Positions 1-14,655 of a DNA stretch of 64,000 nucleotides are shown piece after piece. This DNA comes from Raillietiella orientalis. Its lineage: Eukaryota. Each line of letters begins with the position of its first letter. Within the stretch, counting starts at the first letter, position 1. The notes under the pieces were generated by a model, which was not told the DNA's origin, did no database searches, and worked only from the letters and a program-made list of their open reading frames with translations. Position numbers and translations under genes: made by a program. The stretch lies in the NCBI GenBank assembly GCA_036172245.1, contig JAYWIR010000025.1, positions 992,001 to 1,056,000 of the forward strand. Direction: 5' to 3'.

Positions 1-869
1 CCGTCCTAGGTGCTCATCTGCTCTTATGTTGTCCTTCAAGCTTTTGTGGTTCACTTTGATCTATACCACTGTGCAAGCTTTCCACAGCATCTTGGATTTT
101 CAGGTGCCTTACGGCTGTTGTTTACAGCCAAGCGATCTCGCTCAGTGAATTTTGGAACTCAGAGACAGCTGTGCGCATTCCTTAAACATCAAATCTGGTC
201 TTCTAAAACATTTTTCTGTTGCCCATGGATGACACTAAGAGACACTGAGATCATCTCAGAGGGTCTTGCCTCTTCCAGAAGCTGTTGCTTCTTGGACATA
301 CCTTTCGCCTTGTCTCTCTGACAAAACTCTGGTTGCCGATCAAGGCTGCACTTCTACCTTCCTACATTCTCCCGTGCTGTACAGAAGGGAAGGTGTCAGT
401 CAGGTCATCTGTCCCATTAGTGAGCCTTGAGTAGGGCCAATCTCCCCATTCGGTCGTTTGCTGTGCTATTTTGCCGCAGGTACCGGAGCTCGGTGCCAAT
501 CTCTTGCGCACTGGTTTCGTCCTTTGCTCTTGGACAACCGAGGAACTTAATCTTTCCCGTCTTTTCATAGGAGAGTTTGTTGGACATCGGCGGGGTTTCT
601 TCTCATTTTCTCGGGAGGATGGGTTCAAGATTACGGGAAGCTTTCCTTGCACATCTCCTTGGTTTCAAGGGAAGAAGGGTGAACTTTGCTCATGAATCGC
701 GGTTTGGTTCCATCAGCAATCAGGACGCTTTCGTGCAGCGTTTGGGTAGGAAGACAGTATGCATGAAAGACAACGGAAGGACATGAGCATGGGTGATGCC
801 ATAGAAATGGAGATTTGAGAGCTGCTTGGAGTGCATGCACAGCGTTCCTTCAGTTCAAAAGGTATCACT

Positions 870-1700
870 TGAATGATTGAAGAACTGAAGGTGAGGAATG
901 ATCAATGCAAAGTAGCAACACTTATCGAATGTCACACCCGTCCAAAATCACATTCCATTGACTGTTTTTTTCTTCTTTATGAGTGCATCAGTGATCAGCA
1001 ACAACTCCTTTTTCTTCAGAAGGCTGCTTCAGACACGATTCTAAAGTCTTGTAACAAATGTGCCATCATTACATTTGTCCACATGCCTTAACCTATTTTT
1101 ATTTTGGTAGACCCTTTTTTCACTGTGCTCATTCTCTAGTGATTGACCAACGTATTGGGAAGTTTAGATTTCGAGCTTTCGGATTTGGATTCTCTGACTT
1201 AGGAAAGAATGATAGCCATTTCATGGGACTGAGGCCAATTACACCCAATCCACGTATACAGGAATGTGACCAAAAATTGCTCTTAATGGAGAAAGGTTTC
1301 AAAGTTTTCCACCGGGAACACCCATGAAGAAGTTTCCTCTGTAGATGTTGAATGCAACAGAAAACCAGAGATGCAAATTTGCAGTCTTCTTCCTAAAGGG
1401 ATCTCTCCTCTTCCAGGTACTCAAGTGTTACACTCTGTTCTTCAGCCTTCTAGCAATCTCAATGAACATCCATCCTCAGATGAACACGTCTTCATTCAAG
1501 TGCCTATATGCACAAAATCTCACGCAAAGAACGACAGGCTGAAGTCTCAACGGAGAACATCCCATTTTAAAGGAAAAATCCTTCATTCTTGCATTGGCAA
1601 AAATCTTGTATTTTTTCACTGCCTAAGGCGTGATACTGGAATCCTTAGCAAGCCAGTAATTTAGCAGCACGTACATTGTCAATGCTAAGATCGAATTCCA
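870..1700 (+). mobile_element. Highly decayed non-LTR retrotransposon RT fragment
   Basis: Broken frames with remnants of LINE RT motifs: 'D*RPITPN' near 1228 (cf. NWRPITLLN) and 'LHWQKS' near 1590 (cf. LDxxKAFD). Confidence 0.35.
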
Positions 1701-1879
1701 GTAAGCGATGCCATGACTGTCAAGAAAAGCAACATCAGTCGAGGATCAAAATATTCTTCAACTGTCTTTCCTCTTTCCCCAAAGAACGGAACCCTATAAA
1801 GCAAGCAATTTTATTTCTTGACTGGTATATTGAGAATTTTCCCTCAGTTCTACCACTATCCACTGTTGACCGCATTACA

Positions 1880-4800
1880 TCACCACACCTCGCACTTAAG
1901 TTGATGATTCATCTCTGAAGAAGATTCGCAACCAAAGTCATCCAGGAACCCTGGTGTGTTGGAAGCTGGACCCGTAACACGAAACATCCTGGGAGTATGA
2001 AATCCACTTAGAATTTTCTTTTTCAGCGCCTCAGGACTCGATTTGCCACACCACACGCTCGCAGAAGAAAGCCAAAAGACTTGGTTAGGTGTGTATTCCG
2101 TCAACCCGGGCAGTCTTTCCTCCTCCCCATGCTTTTGAACCCATCTTTGATAGGCAGCATAGGAATACTTCATCCCACCAACATCCGCGATGTTCTCTCC
2201 TTGAGTTTTACGGCCATTTATCTAGTAAAGAACAGAATGAAATGATTCACAATGCGAGATGATGACAAAATCGATCGATCTACGACCATCGTTCTGGACA
2301 CAGGCATAAACGGTGGCGAAAACAAAAGCGAGCGCCGCAGAGACCTATGGAAGCGATTCCATCCCTTCAGAAATGCGAACGATGGCACGAATTTTGACAG
2401 GGAAGCAAGGAACCTCCTAACTGAGTCAGAGAATGCTTGAAAGTGTGCAGACAAGGAAAACGTTGGAGATCATTTTCGAACAGGATCGTGAGAATGCGCC
2501 AAGGGAGAGTCCATCGCCTGCTCCATACTAAATCCAGGCACCGCGATAAGTGTGCGCATGTGAGGCAAAAGCATTTGTGATTGGAAATTTCTCTTTGAAG
2601 TGGTGATCTCTCTGACACTGTGAGCGCTCGGATTTCTCAGCACAGATCGCCTCACCATTCCACATCCTCGACTCTCGGGAATCATAGTGAAGGTCAAAGA
2701 GGAAAGAAGGATACCTGCAGGAAATCAGAACAAATCAGAATGGGATGCTAAGAAGGATGGGAAGCTGACCTTCATCAAGGCCAAGAAAGTGGCTCAGACG
2801 GCGACTGTGCCATTCAATTTGAGGATGAGCATTGCTGGTGAGGAATTACGGAAGTCTTTGGAAATTCATGCAGATTACCCGTTCAACTCTTCTCCTTTTA
2901 TTTGCGTAACTTCAGGCAATTATATCAATTATATATTATATAATGCTAATTATACATTATAAAATTACATTTGTTATGCAATTATATTAATTACTTATTA
3001 TATTGTATTTATGCAAGAGAATTTGAGAAATTGAAAGCGAGTACCAGAAGACATCGAAACAACAAGCAGTTTCCCTGATTCAGGTCTGCTTCCTGAAATT
3101 CCTTCTTTTGAAACACACACTTTTGGGAGAGAGATCCTTCATGATGACGGTTTCACCTGGATCCAGCTTGCAGGAAGGAAGGCAAACACGAAAACAACAG
3201 GACAAAATCGAGAACGCATTACTCCAGTGTTATTGTTCTCTCTCCATACGGTCCTTTTCCTCTGGTCCACAGGGAGTCGCCGCATCCGAGTTGTAAAAGT
3301 TGCGAAAGATGCGAAATCCTTGGAAAGAGTCTCTTCAGATCAAGCAACAGCAAATTGCTTCCACTGTTGAGCGTTCAGGAAGATTCCGAAAAATCCTTCC
3401 TGTACGAGTTGTGGCTTCCAGATTCTTAAAAGAGGAGAGTTTTCCTGATTTCTGTGCGAACTGAAGCGAAAGATTCAAGGGAAATCCGCGACACGGCCCA
3501 GAGAGGAAACGCTGACAGAGGACAAAAGACCCCCTTCGTAGCAGAAGGCGCATAGCTGCTTTTCTCTTCTCCTGCATTCCGGATGCTGTGTGCTTTAACT
3601 GATACTCATAAGAATCGGGAAGTCTTTTGCTGAGAAAATCCGAGCTCCCAATCCATGCGTGCAGGATGGTGATCTGGCAGAAATCTGTTGGCATTGGAGA
3701 TTTAGCAAATCCTGTGACGAGCGCCTTTCTCACAGAATCCTTCCAGCTCTTAGCATCGAAGCTGCCTTTCAACTCCACGAAACTTTCCAACGCGCGATCT
3801 CATCCGTGACGAATCCCAGTCGAGTGTTCCAACCTCTCGAGATGCTTATTCACAGGTGATGTCACTCCTCGGCGACCTCTCGCCGTTCTCCAGAAGGCAT
3901 AAAAATTGAAACTCAGGCACTGGGGGCACCACCTCTATGTCAAACAGGCAATTTTCAAGAGTGGAGTTGGAGCTGTCAATAAAGTTCCTTGAGCGCTCCA
4001 AGAGGTAGCGACCATAAGAAATTTCTCAGGAGTTCTGGAGTTATTCCGGTCATATACATCGCCTCGCTTGCAGCTCCGTAAAACCCAAAAAAATAAAAAA
4101 GAATTCTTAAAAAAATAAAGCTCTGTTTTGAAACCGATGTGCATTCAATATGAGCAGCGTCAGTGCTTTATCAACAGTCGTTTCTGTACATGGCACGTAC
4201 TCCAGTAGCATCATGACACTGCCTTGGAGCGCTGATTTTTGCTCCACGGCATCAATAAGTGAGGCAAAAATGGTCACAGAAAACCTGGTTGGTCACGGAA
4301 AATGTCTTTTCTGCAAGACCTTTTCCCTACACGAAGAACAAAATCGGATGCTGCTCTCGCAGAGACGCACTTGGCTTTCGTTTTCACCGGAGCCTCCCTC
4401 CCCATTCTCTCCTTTCGTGGATGAGCTGAAATATTGGTTGAGGATGTTGGAATCAGAAGATGGAAATGAGTCCCTGCGTGAGAAGCGCAGCCCCATCTGA
4501 TGACCACACGGGTCATGTGATAAGGCCATGAGAACACGCATGCTCGTCGGCGGAATTTATCGACTATGGTTCCGACTCCCGATTCTCAAAATCCCGTTTT
4601 CTCTTCGACATCCCTGCATGTCGTGGAAACAGATCCTAAAAGTATCCGTGTTCATTGGTCGGTTTTCTATGCTGCTTCCAGTCACGTGTCAATTGGCTGA
4701 CGATTTCCCGCAGACACTTAGTGCAGGAGTGGAAGCATTCTCAGCGTCTTGCCACCTGTGCCACCAGACATTCAGGAATAAGATCAGAAGAGACTATTGA

Positions 4801-7800
4801 CGCCGAATTTTCCTCAAGAAAGGTTACATCTACTCGAGAGTATTCTCATTTTTCTCAGACCTAGAGGCATTATCGTTCTTTTCATCAGTTTTTGTGTTGA
4901 GGATACCGTGGGCGCGCCTGCTACCAGATGCAACCGTCCTGCTCCTGCTTTCACTGCATTCATCCGTCTTACAAGAAAATTTTCTCCAGAACATTCGGGA
5001 CGCCTCCACACCCGACCTGCGCCATTGCCAGTATCCGTTCCCTGGGGGGAAGCCCGATCTGTTGGATTCTGCGCCCGGATCCGACTATGACCTACTCCTC
5101 GATAGCACAACTCTGCTGGGAGCCTCTTCCGAGTGATCGGAAAGGCTCGAAAAGTTTCGCGTGGAGGAAGTGTCCCTAGAGCTCCCCCCACCCTTTCAAG
5201 TTCTCTTCCATTCGGAAACGGCTCCATACCCCTCTTCGGTTTCCTCTGTATCTTCGCACTCTAGGACATGAGTCCATGAACGAAGATGCAAACGCTTTTG
5301 GAACGAGAAGCGGGTAATCCGGCTCTGGCGGTAAACTTTTCGAATCCCTGGAGCAGTCTTACCGTCAGGTTCAGTTCAGGGAATCCGAATTTTTCGTACT
5401 GATCGATGATGCACTGGGCTTTTTCCTTGAAGGTCTTCTCTGCGTCCGAGGTCCACCAGTCATACAAGTTGCCCAGTTTGTCATATTGCCTTCCCTGAAA
5501 ATCCGGAAGCAGGAGCGAAATCAGTTTCTGGATCCTTCGATCCTCTTGCGAAGGCATACCATGTCGTCGAATCCATGGGTGATCTCATGCCCCATGATTA
5601 CTCCAATGGATCCATAGTTGAGGGATTTGGTACTCCGAGCTTGGAAGAATGTTCCCTGAAGGATGGCGGCGGGAAACTCTGCAGGAAAACCACATCAAGG
5701 AGAGCAGAAATCCCACTTTGCTTACGGATGCTGTTTTCTTGCGGCTTGTAGTAAGCGTTGACGGTTATAGAATCCGAGTACTCTTTCCAGTCTCGCCTGT
5801 CCTTTTTCTCCCTCAGCGTCTGTATGCTTTGCTTCCTTTGGAACATGTTGATTCTCATGTTGTTTTCGAAGTAGCCTTTGGGGCTCAGTTGCAGCTGCGC
5901 GAATCAGTGTGGGGTGAATGCGGAAGGCAACTTACATCTTTGTAGTATCCGTTAATAAGGAAAGAGTTGGTCAGTTCGTCGGGAAATGCCATGTGAGAGT
6001 CCATCGCTTCCAGTTTCTCCAGCGCGTGCCTCCTGAAGATTTCGAAACAGATGGAACAAAAAAAGCAGTGGTGGTGTGGCCGCTCGCAACTTTGCAGTCA
6101 CCATGCCGTCTCCCGATGGAGCCCAAAGCAGCCAGAATTTTCGGATCCTGGAAGCCGCGACTCCTCTTTCGCAAACCGATTAGGGCGTCGGGGATCGCGG
6201 AGAAGAAGTTGGACTTTACTTTGGAGGTGATAAATCTCTCGAAAGGTTCAAAGCAAAACGTGGCAGCGAACAGGCTACCTCTCTTGGATCCGGGTCTCAT
6301 TTTCTTCTTACACGTCCTCCAGCACCCAGAAACACGGAAAAAAACTCCCACACAGAAGTCTACTACGACTGTATACCTCTATGAGTTGATGAGAAAACCC
6401 GATAGAAATGTACGGAGTAGCGGCTGGTTTCGCTACTGATATCCCCGTTCTCCGTATCCGTGGAAACAACAGGGTGAAAATTTGATTGCATGCGTGGGCG
6501 CTTGGAGCTCAGAATTTGGGGAAACCTTGACCTTAAACAAGTTCATCGAAATTTAAAGAAGAATCTGGCAAATGAAACATTTAATTCCTGACTGAAGCAT
6601 ACTTGTCAGGAGAAGAGAAAGCTCGGAAGTTCTTAAGGAGAACTGCAGACAAGCTGCCGAATAGGTGGAGACTGCGTCTCGAAACAGAAATTTGAAACCG
6701 TGGTCATCGAAGTGGCGCCATTTGAAAATAGAACCAGAGTGCAATGGGCCTCCAGATGAGAGTGAAAAATCGAAGGTCGTGGGTACGGGAAGAGATGCGA
6801 GCGACGTAGAATCGAGCCGAAGGATTAAGGCACAAGAAGGTGATATCGGTTTCCCAACTGCACTGCTGACTCATTCAGAGGAGGTTATTTCCTCAGAAAA
6901 TATGAGTCCACTTTTTTCAAGGGAAAACTCTACAAGACTTCGCGTTCCTTTCCGGTTTTCTGAGGGTTTGCGGTTCTTCGGCAAACGCACCTTTTCCGTA
7001 AAGTTTGGTCCAAACGAGAGCCAGAAGGGATCGTGAAAGTCCAGCGGAGTGTGACCTTGGAACTTTTACTTTCGGAAGTCAGACAGGAACGAGGGGAAAA
7101 GGTTGCATCTAGCACTGAATAAGACTCGTTGTGTGTGGATATAGTAAAGAAAAACCTTATGATGCTCTTGGACAAAATGACCAGCAGGGATCTGGCAGCA
7201 AGGCGGGCATTCCCAAGTATATCACTCCCGCAAGCGCTGAAAATGCAGCCGATGAAGCGCATTAAAATTCAAGGTACACAGGAGTTAAAGGAGGTCATAC
7301 AGAGCCAGTGCTTGAGTCATTCAGCTTTCTGGAGCCTGCAACAAAAGAACGCTGCCGCAAGCCGACTATCGAAAATTGCAGCTGTAGCTTTGAAAGAAAA
7401 CCGGACCATAGCTCTTTCGAGAAAACTGTTTGGGATGTAAAAAAAAAAAAAAAACAGTTCCTCGTTTAAGTGCGTCCTGTCGGAGGAACTCAGTCTTGAA
7501 AAGGCATTCCTATAACGAGCCTCATCAGACTTGACGTTTCTACCTGTCGAATGCTCGGCGGAGAATCGCTTGGTTTCCTAAAAGACACTCAGTTGAGCAC
7601 TGGCTACCCTACGCATATTCCAGCTGCTGTGACTACGTGATGAATCCTGTCAAGAAAATCATTTTGCTTTTCGGATTTCGATTTCTATGTGCTTGAGAAC
7701 AGGAGAAAGTTGGAAGTGAGATGCGAATTTGGTGTCTTGGGAGGGGAGTGTGCATTCTTGTTGCAGTAAAGAGGCACGAGGGCGGAAATAAAGCACCAAT

Positions 7801-10800
7801 CTTCCGATTGCCTCCGAGGATTACATCTGCAGGAATGCATCCGAGAACAAATCGCTTTGCTATCAGGGAAAACGTCATGAGCGTTGCTCCTTCGACTACC
7901 AAGGAAGCCTACCAACAGTAAGAGGAAGCATTCTGGGACACAGATGAGGCAGATAAAATATGTAGAGCTAAGCAAAAAAACAAAAAGTAGGATCAGCTCT
8001 TGGAACTATGCTATTGGTCTCAAGTCAGTGATGTTAGAAGGTAGAAAGTGGGCGCACAACATCCTCGGAGGCAACCTCAGATCAACCACATGCACCTCTT
8101 CATGCCACCATTGCTAAGAGACAGATTCCCCTTTCGATTATCCAGAGCCGATCGTATCTGTCTGTCTTGTAAGATGACAACCGCACTTTGAATCCGTGGT
8201 CATTCATCTGGAGAAACGCCACCCACCAGAGGTCACAACTCGTCAAATGCAACAGGAAAAAAAAGAAAAAGTCGCAAGAAAAGTGCACTCTCCGCTAGTC
8301 ACTAGACAGCATTAAAAGATATAAAAAAAAAGAACAAGAAAAATAGTGACTACTTAACGGACGGGAAGGAGAGTTTACGGTGAGAGAATTAATCAGATGC
8401 GAGGAAGCCGGAAAAACAAACTCTCCTAGATGATAACATGACAGTTGTTTTCAGGAGACTGCGGAGTGTTCCGTGAGATTCAATCAGACGCAAAGCAAAG
8501 CAAAACACTCCTTGTTGGTTGCAGAATGGGTCAGACTGGAGCCGCATCGCGGTCACCCAAGATTATTGGTGCTCCCGCGGAATTTGTAAATTCTGCGACA
8601 CCATCCTCCGTGCCGTGGCAACCGAGCCGCGTTTCGTTTTCCTTAGAATCGCCCTTTGGTCCCACAGGCTGGCTGAGTTTCCAGTTATTGAAGAACGGAA
8701 GGGTGAGGGTCGTCTGAAAGTGCGCGCCGCCGGACGGTCAGCCTTCCATGGAAACAGAAGAGCGTCTGATCGCGCATCTCTTTGGGAGATATTCTGGGAG
8801 AACGCGCCGACCGAGGGTCCATTTTCAAGAGACCGATTCCAAGCGGCCGCGACAGTGGTGTCTGTCCAGAGGGGTTCTTGTCGATGCCAGCAATCGGCCC
8901 AACTGATGAGACAAGTTCGAAGAATGGCTCCCGCTTGAGCACAGCGGTCAGAAAATCCCTGAATTGCGGACACGACTTGTCGGGCTCCCTTCGCCGATGG
9001 GAGTCGCTTGCTCCTTCGGAATGTACATCAAGAGAAAGAGAAAGTACTCACGAGAGAAGCAGACTAACTGAGGAAACGGTAAGAGCAGTTGCCACGCAGT
9101 CTAAACGGTTTCGCCATCTCGAATCCGTCGGAGGTAGCCATGGCTCTTAGCGTGGGCATCTCTTTGGCTGTTATAATGTCAGTTAGCCCACATCGGAACC
9201 GCTTTTGTTTGTGTCCTCAAGGTGAGTTGCCTCTCGAAATGGCAACACGTTATGGATACCATCCGAATCTCAGACAAAACAGAACAAAAGGAGGGGTAAA
9301 CCATCTTCAGAACCATACAGCAAAACAGCATTTCACGAGCAATGGCGAGCAGTAACTCCTCGAAAGATGCAGCCGATGCAGCTGAGGGTTACTGATTGGT
9401 GATTGAGAGTGCATCAACGAAACTAATGCTTTGTGGGTGAGATGTTCCTCAGTGAAGTGCCTCTTCCGCATTTCACTTCCAAACGCTCCTTCTCGAGGCA
9501 TTCAGGACGGGCACGCACGTGGATAAGGATGAGGAAAGAGGAACTTCAATCGTCTCTTCCCTTTTGGTCAGATCGAAAAATCGGCTAGCTTAGAAACTTC
9601 ATTTGGATAAGCGAGTTCGCAAGCACACTGCAGAAAAGGGATCGTTTTGCTGAGGGCACGAAACCAAATAGCAGAAACTGAGGACCCAGATCCAGTCCAC
9701 GTAAGGGCAGCACGCAAACAGCATACGCACTACCTTATGCACGCAAGGCAGGTGGGCGTGCTTATGGACCGTATCGACTCGAGCCTGGCGACCTTCAGAA
9801 GGACAGCCCCAAGCGCTACGATCCAACAGCATATGATCGTGTTGGTGTCGCGCGCACACTCTTGGGAGGCCGTTTCCATTCGCAAGTTTCAAAACTCTGA
9901 CGCATCGTGTCTTTAAGGATAAGCGCCCGGAGTTCTCCTTTAACCCCACACCAAAACTCAGGGGAGTTCTCCGTGTCTTGGAAATGACCGTGAAACTCTT
10001 CCGACTCGCAAAAAGCACCACACTGAGGTGTTTGAACCGCAGCCAGCTAGCAAGCAGGCACAGAAAGACCTCGACGCATTGCAGGAAAAACAGCGTGAAA
10101 ATCCCATTGCGTTAAGCTCTCGTGGATTATCAGGAAACGGAGTTTCCAGTTACCTGGTCACGGGATCGAGCCAGGCCGATTCCTCGAGACCAATCTTGAA
10201 CTCGCTGCGGATGCTTTCCAGCAACTCGATGACCTCCTGCCTCGAGGCGTTGTCGAAAAATCTCGTCGCGTACAGTGACGAGAGTGCGATGTTCAGTCTG
10301 AAGAGGAAGAGCAAAGAAATGTCTGTTTCTAGAACAACTTCCCAGTTCACTTGTCCTTTGTGTTCGAGAGACAGATTTTCCAGCGTGGTTCTTCAGCCTT
10401 CTGTCCTGATAATACTTCCCAAAATTTCTGGTAGATTCTTCTGGCTTCTTTGTTCAGTAATCGAATATTGTTCATAACATTTCTCCAAATAATGTAATTG
10501 ATGAGTGTTCTGGGAAGAAGCAAAACGAATGAAAGTACTCTGAGAAAAGTGGACACATCCTACCTTTTTTCAACTTTAAGTAGAAGGCTGTTGAGTTTCT
10601 CGAAGTATGATGGAACTTCGATAATAACCTGCTCCTCCTTGGAGATTCTGTGCACGTTTTCGAATTTTTTATTTAGGACTTCTAACCATGGTATGTTGGG
10701 ATACTCGCTTTGAAGCTGAAGTACACTTTTCTTGTTGTACAACTGGCTTACGTTCCGTCTGTCTTCCAGTCGAACCGTGATCTGGCGGAAATGCATCTTT

Positions 10801-13800
10801 CAGTTCCCCTCCTTCAATAGAGGCGTTTCGCACTTTACCTTCGCCAGACTCATCTCCAGCTGCAGGACCTCGTCCATTTCTTTCCGAGCCACTTCACTGT
10901 TGGCATTGAAGAGCGTTGCGACATCGATCATCAGTCTACTGTAAGCTTGCATCTGCTCGTCTTTCAGTCCTCTTTCGAAGTATTCGAGATTCATCCCAAG
11001 GTTCAGCTGATCTATCTGGAAGCAGATGAGCCCAAGTTTCGACGTCCGTGTCAAGAGTCATGTCTGAAATTTGCAGTACGTTTATTATCCTCCAGGAAGA
11101 GTTTCGCGGATCCGGTCTCACGTATAGGTTCCACAGCACGTTCATACTCATTCCGAAATCATGCAGCTTGTACAGTACTTCGAGCCAGTTGGTCTGGAAA
11201 CTGTTTCCGTGCTTCTCTGAGACAGGCCAGCCGCCCATGCTCCTGAGGTAGGTTTCCATCTGACGCAAACCAATGCTTTCCAGCTGATCTAGATCAAAAT
11301 AGGAAAGAAATCTCAGCGAGATCCTCTCTCGAGCAGTCAAGACCCAACAAGCGAACCCGGGAAGCAAGGTGCAGAAATGGAACCTCCTCCGCTCGCGGAT
11401 GTGCGGAATGTGTGAGCACCCGGACAAGTCATTCAATGCTGACCAAAGATGACTTCGGTTACGCGCAGTGAATCAAACTGCGAAGTCTGCAGCCTCCCCA
11501 TTGTCATGCCTCGAGGATTCGAGTTTTCTAGATCCATTTAGGGAAACTACATTGCTTTCAGCAATCGCTCTCGCATGCCAGCCGACCAGCTGACCAAGGA
11601 GAAATTAGAGCACGGAGCAATCGTATCGGCAGAAGCATTACAGCTTCCTCCGCCATTCGAACTCTGCAATCCAAGAACGGATCTTCATCTTGAGCAAGAG
11701 TTCCCAGTTAGTCCTCTAAATCATCAGGTGGTGGTTTGCTAAAATTGAATTCGGTTGCCCACGGTAACCTGCATTCCTTCTCATAAACGCGGCTGACTCG
11801 GCGTACCACTGTCGAAGCTGCTCCTGGAGCACATGAAAATTTCAGTGAGGAACCGTAAACGCACTAGGAATTCGTTCCGTGGGGAGTCCCGAAAATACAT
11901 GGAGTCCAATTCACTTTGCTTGCGCCTCTTTCTGCTGGAAGCACCATCCTGATTGGCAGCTCTTGATGGAAAATCAGCTTAAGAATTGAGAAAGACATAT
12001 GGCTATGCACAGATGTGATGATGCTCCACTCGCGAGAGTGACGAAGGCAGTCGATAAATTCATATCTGATATCGCACGCTCCGTAAGCGTTCCTTTTTCT
12101 CTCTTTCTCACTTCATTCGGTGAGAAGCCTTCCTTCTTCACTCTGCTTCAATCTGGGAAATCTTTCATTCTCTGTACCCCAAACTACGTTTCCCTTGCAT
12201 CTTCTAGAACGAACTCGACGGAGATCAGAAAGCGGGAATGCTCGGTCCTTCTTGTCACGGATGCACGGAAGTCCCCTTCGGATACCATCCAGAAGTTCCG
12301 CCTTTTATCACACGAGTAAAGCATAAATTGATGCGAAGCTCTGAAACGTCATGTTTTTGCTGGCCACAGTCACTTCACACCTCGGAGAAGCAAAGATACC
12401 AAGCTCAGAACACAGAACACAACATGCAGTGGTCCTGTGCATGATTCTCTTTCGCCAAGCAACTGACCGAATGAAGTAGCCCTATCGGTAATCTTCCTGC
12501 GAGAATTCTGTATGACGCGCTCATAGGGAAAATCCGTGTATGAAGAGCTCTGTGATGGGTGGAAGTGCGCTGTGGTTCGAAGAAGCCAGAATTTATCTCT
12601 TGAGTAACATAGGCTCCATCGTCACGATCTAACGGAAAGAAGGTAAGGGAGTCGCTTTAAACTTAGCTCGGTGAGGATCGGAAAAAACCTATCTCGGTCC
12701 CCTCACTGAGAGGCTGTTCCGTATCCGTTCGGACTGGGAACGCTCGACGAAAACCGCTCTTCTCTCAACAGGCGAGCGTTCCTTAGACCGAGCCAAAGAA
12801 GTCGCCGGAAACTCGCGCTACCATTTTGTGCAAAAGGAGCAGCGGAACAGCTCCTCTTCCGACGGAACTAAGTCGACAGCGGCCATCCCTGTGCTAAGAA
12901 GAGCAGAGAGGTGGTCTTCCAACGAAGGAGGATGCCACTGCATCATGCAAGGACTGAGGACCAAGAGGACCGATGCACATCGTTTCTTTCTATCCTCCGT
13001 CACTCCAGATCTCCGCAAATGGTGCGCACGCAAGAGACAGTCTCAGAACTCATTCTCGATTCGTACCCGTATCCAATAAAGACGAGGAAACCTTCATTAC
13101 TGGAATTGGCTGGCCGCGGAAGCCAAGAAGCAAATTTGTCGGTAGTTTGTCCACAGTGGCTCACTTATTTATCCGATCGAATTCCAGTTCCTCTCTGAAG
13201 TGGAGCATCGTGATCGAAAAGACACCCTTCTTTCCGCGTCAAATGTTCCGTCATTTTGACGACGTGGGTGCTTTCCTTCGCACTTCCTTCGCGAGTCCGA
13301 CTTGATAGCCGGCAGCGAAAGTGCCGGGTAGAGTGTTCCCGGAAGCTTGCAAAAATCGATGCTCGGATAGACGATCCAACCCCTGCTTCCCTGCTCACCT
13401 GTCCAGGGGAAGCAGCCCGAAACGTCCCCACGACATTCAGGGGAGAGAAAACGAGCTCTTCCTCCTCCCGAGAAGACTGAATGGACGCGCAAGCCCCATT
13501 CCAGATGAGCCACATGCACTTCGGTGAACACACGTTTCTCACTCTGATGCACCAGCAGAGTGCGCTCCTGTCCTAGATGCATCGCTACATCACCTCCGGC
13601 ACGTCTGTTGCAGCCCTCCATCCCCTCCCCTCCCCGGGAAGCCAAAAGCGCATTCATTCAAGAAGATCCTGGTTTCCTTGCCCTCTGAGGTGCGCAGCAT
13701 GGAATGATGGAGGCGCCAAGCCACCTGGTTTCCTGTTTTCACTTCACCGCTTATCGTAGGTGCTCAGTGAACGCTTTTATGAAGACCATTCTACTTATTT

Positions 13801-14655
13801 GATCGTTTTAAGGTTCCTCACAGTTCGAGGCCTCACAAGAACTCTCTTTGTTCCAATGTACATGGGACGTACATGGGACGTCCCCATGACGCCTGTTGCA
13901 AAGGTTAGGTTAGGTGAGGTGAGGTTAGGTTAGATTGAGTTAGGGTAGGGTAGGGTAGGAACGCAGGTCTCCTTGAAGGTACAGGCCTTTTTCCTGCAGA
14001 GGGCTTTCTTGCTGCTCATCGACATTCCTTTCTCTCATGGAATGGAATGGCAACTCTTTGAGGCGTTGCTAGAAAAGCTCGCAACGTGGATCTTGACAGG
14101 GAACACTTTCTCAAAGCGTCCGGCTCACCCAAACGGGCCGGAGAAGGCATCTGGATTCCTTCCCCCCTTCTCAACAAGCACCATGAAATCAAAACAAAAA
14201 ATCGGATGCGCCCACCCGCCTCTCTTTCGAATGGTTCCGAACGGTCCTCCAGAACGTCCTTGTTCCGAGGAGATCTGACAGCGTTCCCTCAGGAAGTCCC
14301 CAAATGATGCCGAAATCGACGCCGTTCGCTTTCGAGCACGAAATTTCCTCTCCGCTCCATTGGTAGGCATCCTCTCGCGCAGCGCTGACGTGCATTTCTG
14401 TGTACTCACCGACATCCATGCAGCTGCTGTAGAATGACTTCAAGATCTTGACGAAATGAGGGTCGTTGTCAGCAACAGGCTCTTCAACCAGAGCATTCAG
14501 CTGGACATCCACTTCGTCCATCAGCAAGCTGAACTGGCTCACGACTGCCTTGTTTTCCGGTATCTTCGTTTCCTTCACGAACTTTCCGCAAGCGAAGGAG
14601 TAGAAGTCCTTGCAAGGAGAGACGTCCACGTCTATGTTGTTGATGATCCTGGCGG
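1880..14655 (-). CDS. Neprilysin / M13 family zinc metallopeptidase, multi-exon; the 5' TM-coding exon was not located
   Basis: Phase-consistent GT-AG exons on the minus strand: 14655-14410, 11288-11080, 11015-10839, 10781-10564, 10509-10351, 10297-10154, 6032-5936, 5894-5726, 5678-5560, 5494-5363, 2221-1880. Motifs: [39 protein letters not shown] (HExxH), [16 protein letters not shown]-terminal CEVW*. Confidence 0.95.
9600..10000 (-). mobile_element. Decayed LINE C-terminal zinc-finger (zf-RVT-like) remnant in a neprilysin intron
   Basis: '[22 protein letters not shown]' resembles the C..ET..HLF..CP....IW motif of LINE ORF2. Confidence 0.35.
12900..13320 (+). mobile_element. Decayed reverse transcriptase remnant in a neprilysin intron
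   Basis: '[11 protein letters not shown] ... [15 protein letters not shown]' resembles the RT G-x-P-L-S and (Y/F)xDD motifs. Confidence 0.3.
13902..13959 (+). repeat. Degenerate (TTAGG)n-like pentamer array
   Basis: aggttaggttaggtgaggtgaggttaggttagattgagttagggtagggtagggtagg, about 11 units; preceded by a tandem gtacatgggac x2. Confidence 0.8.
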
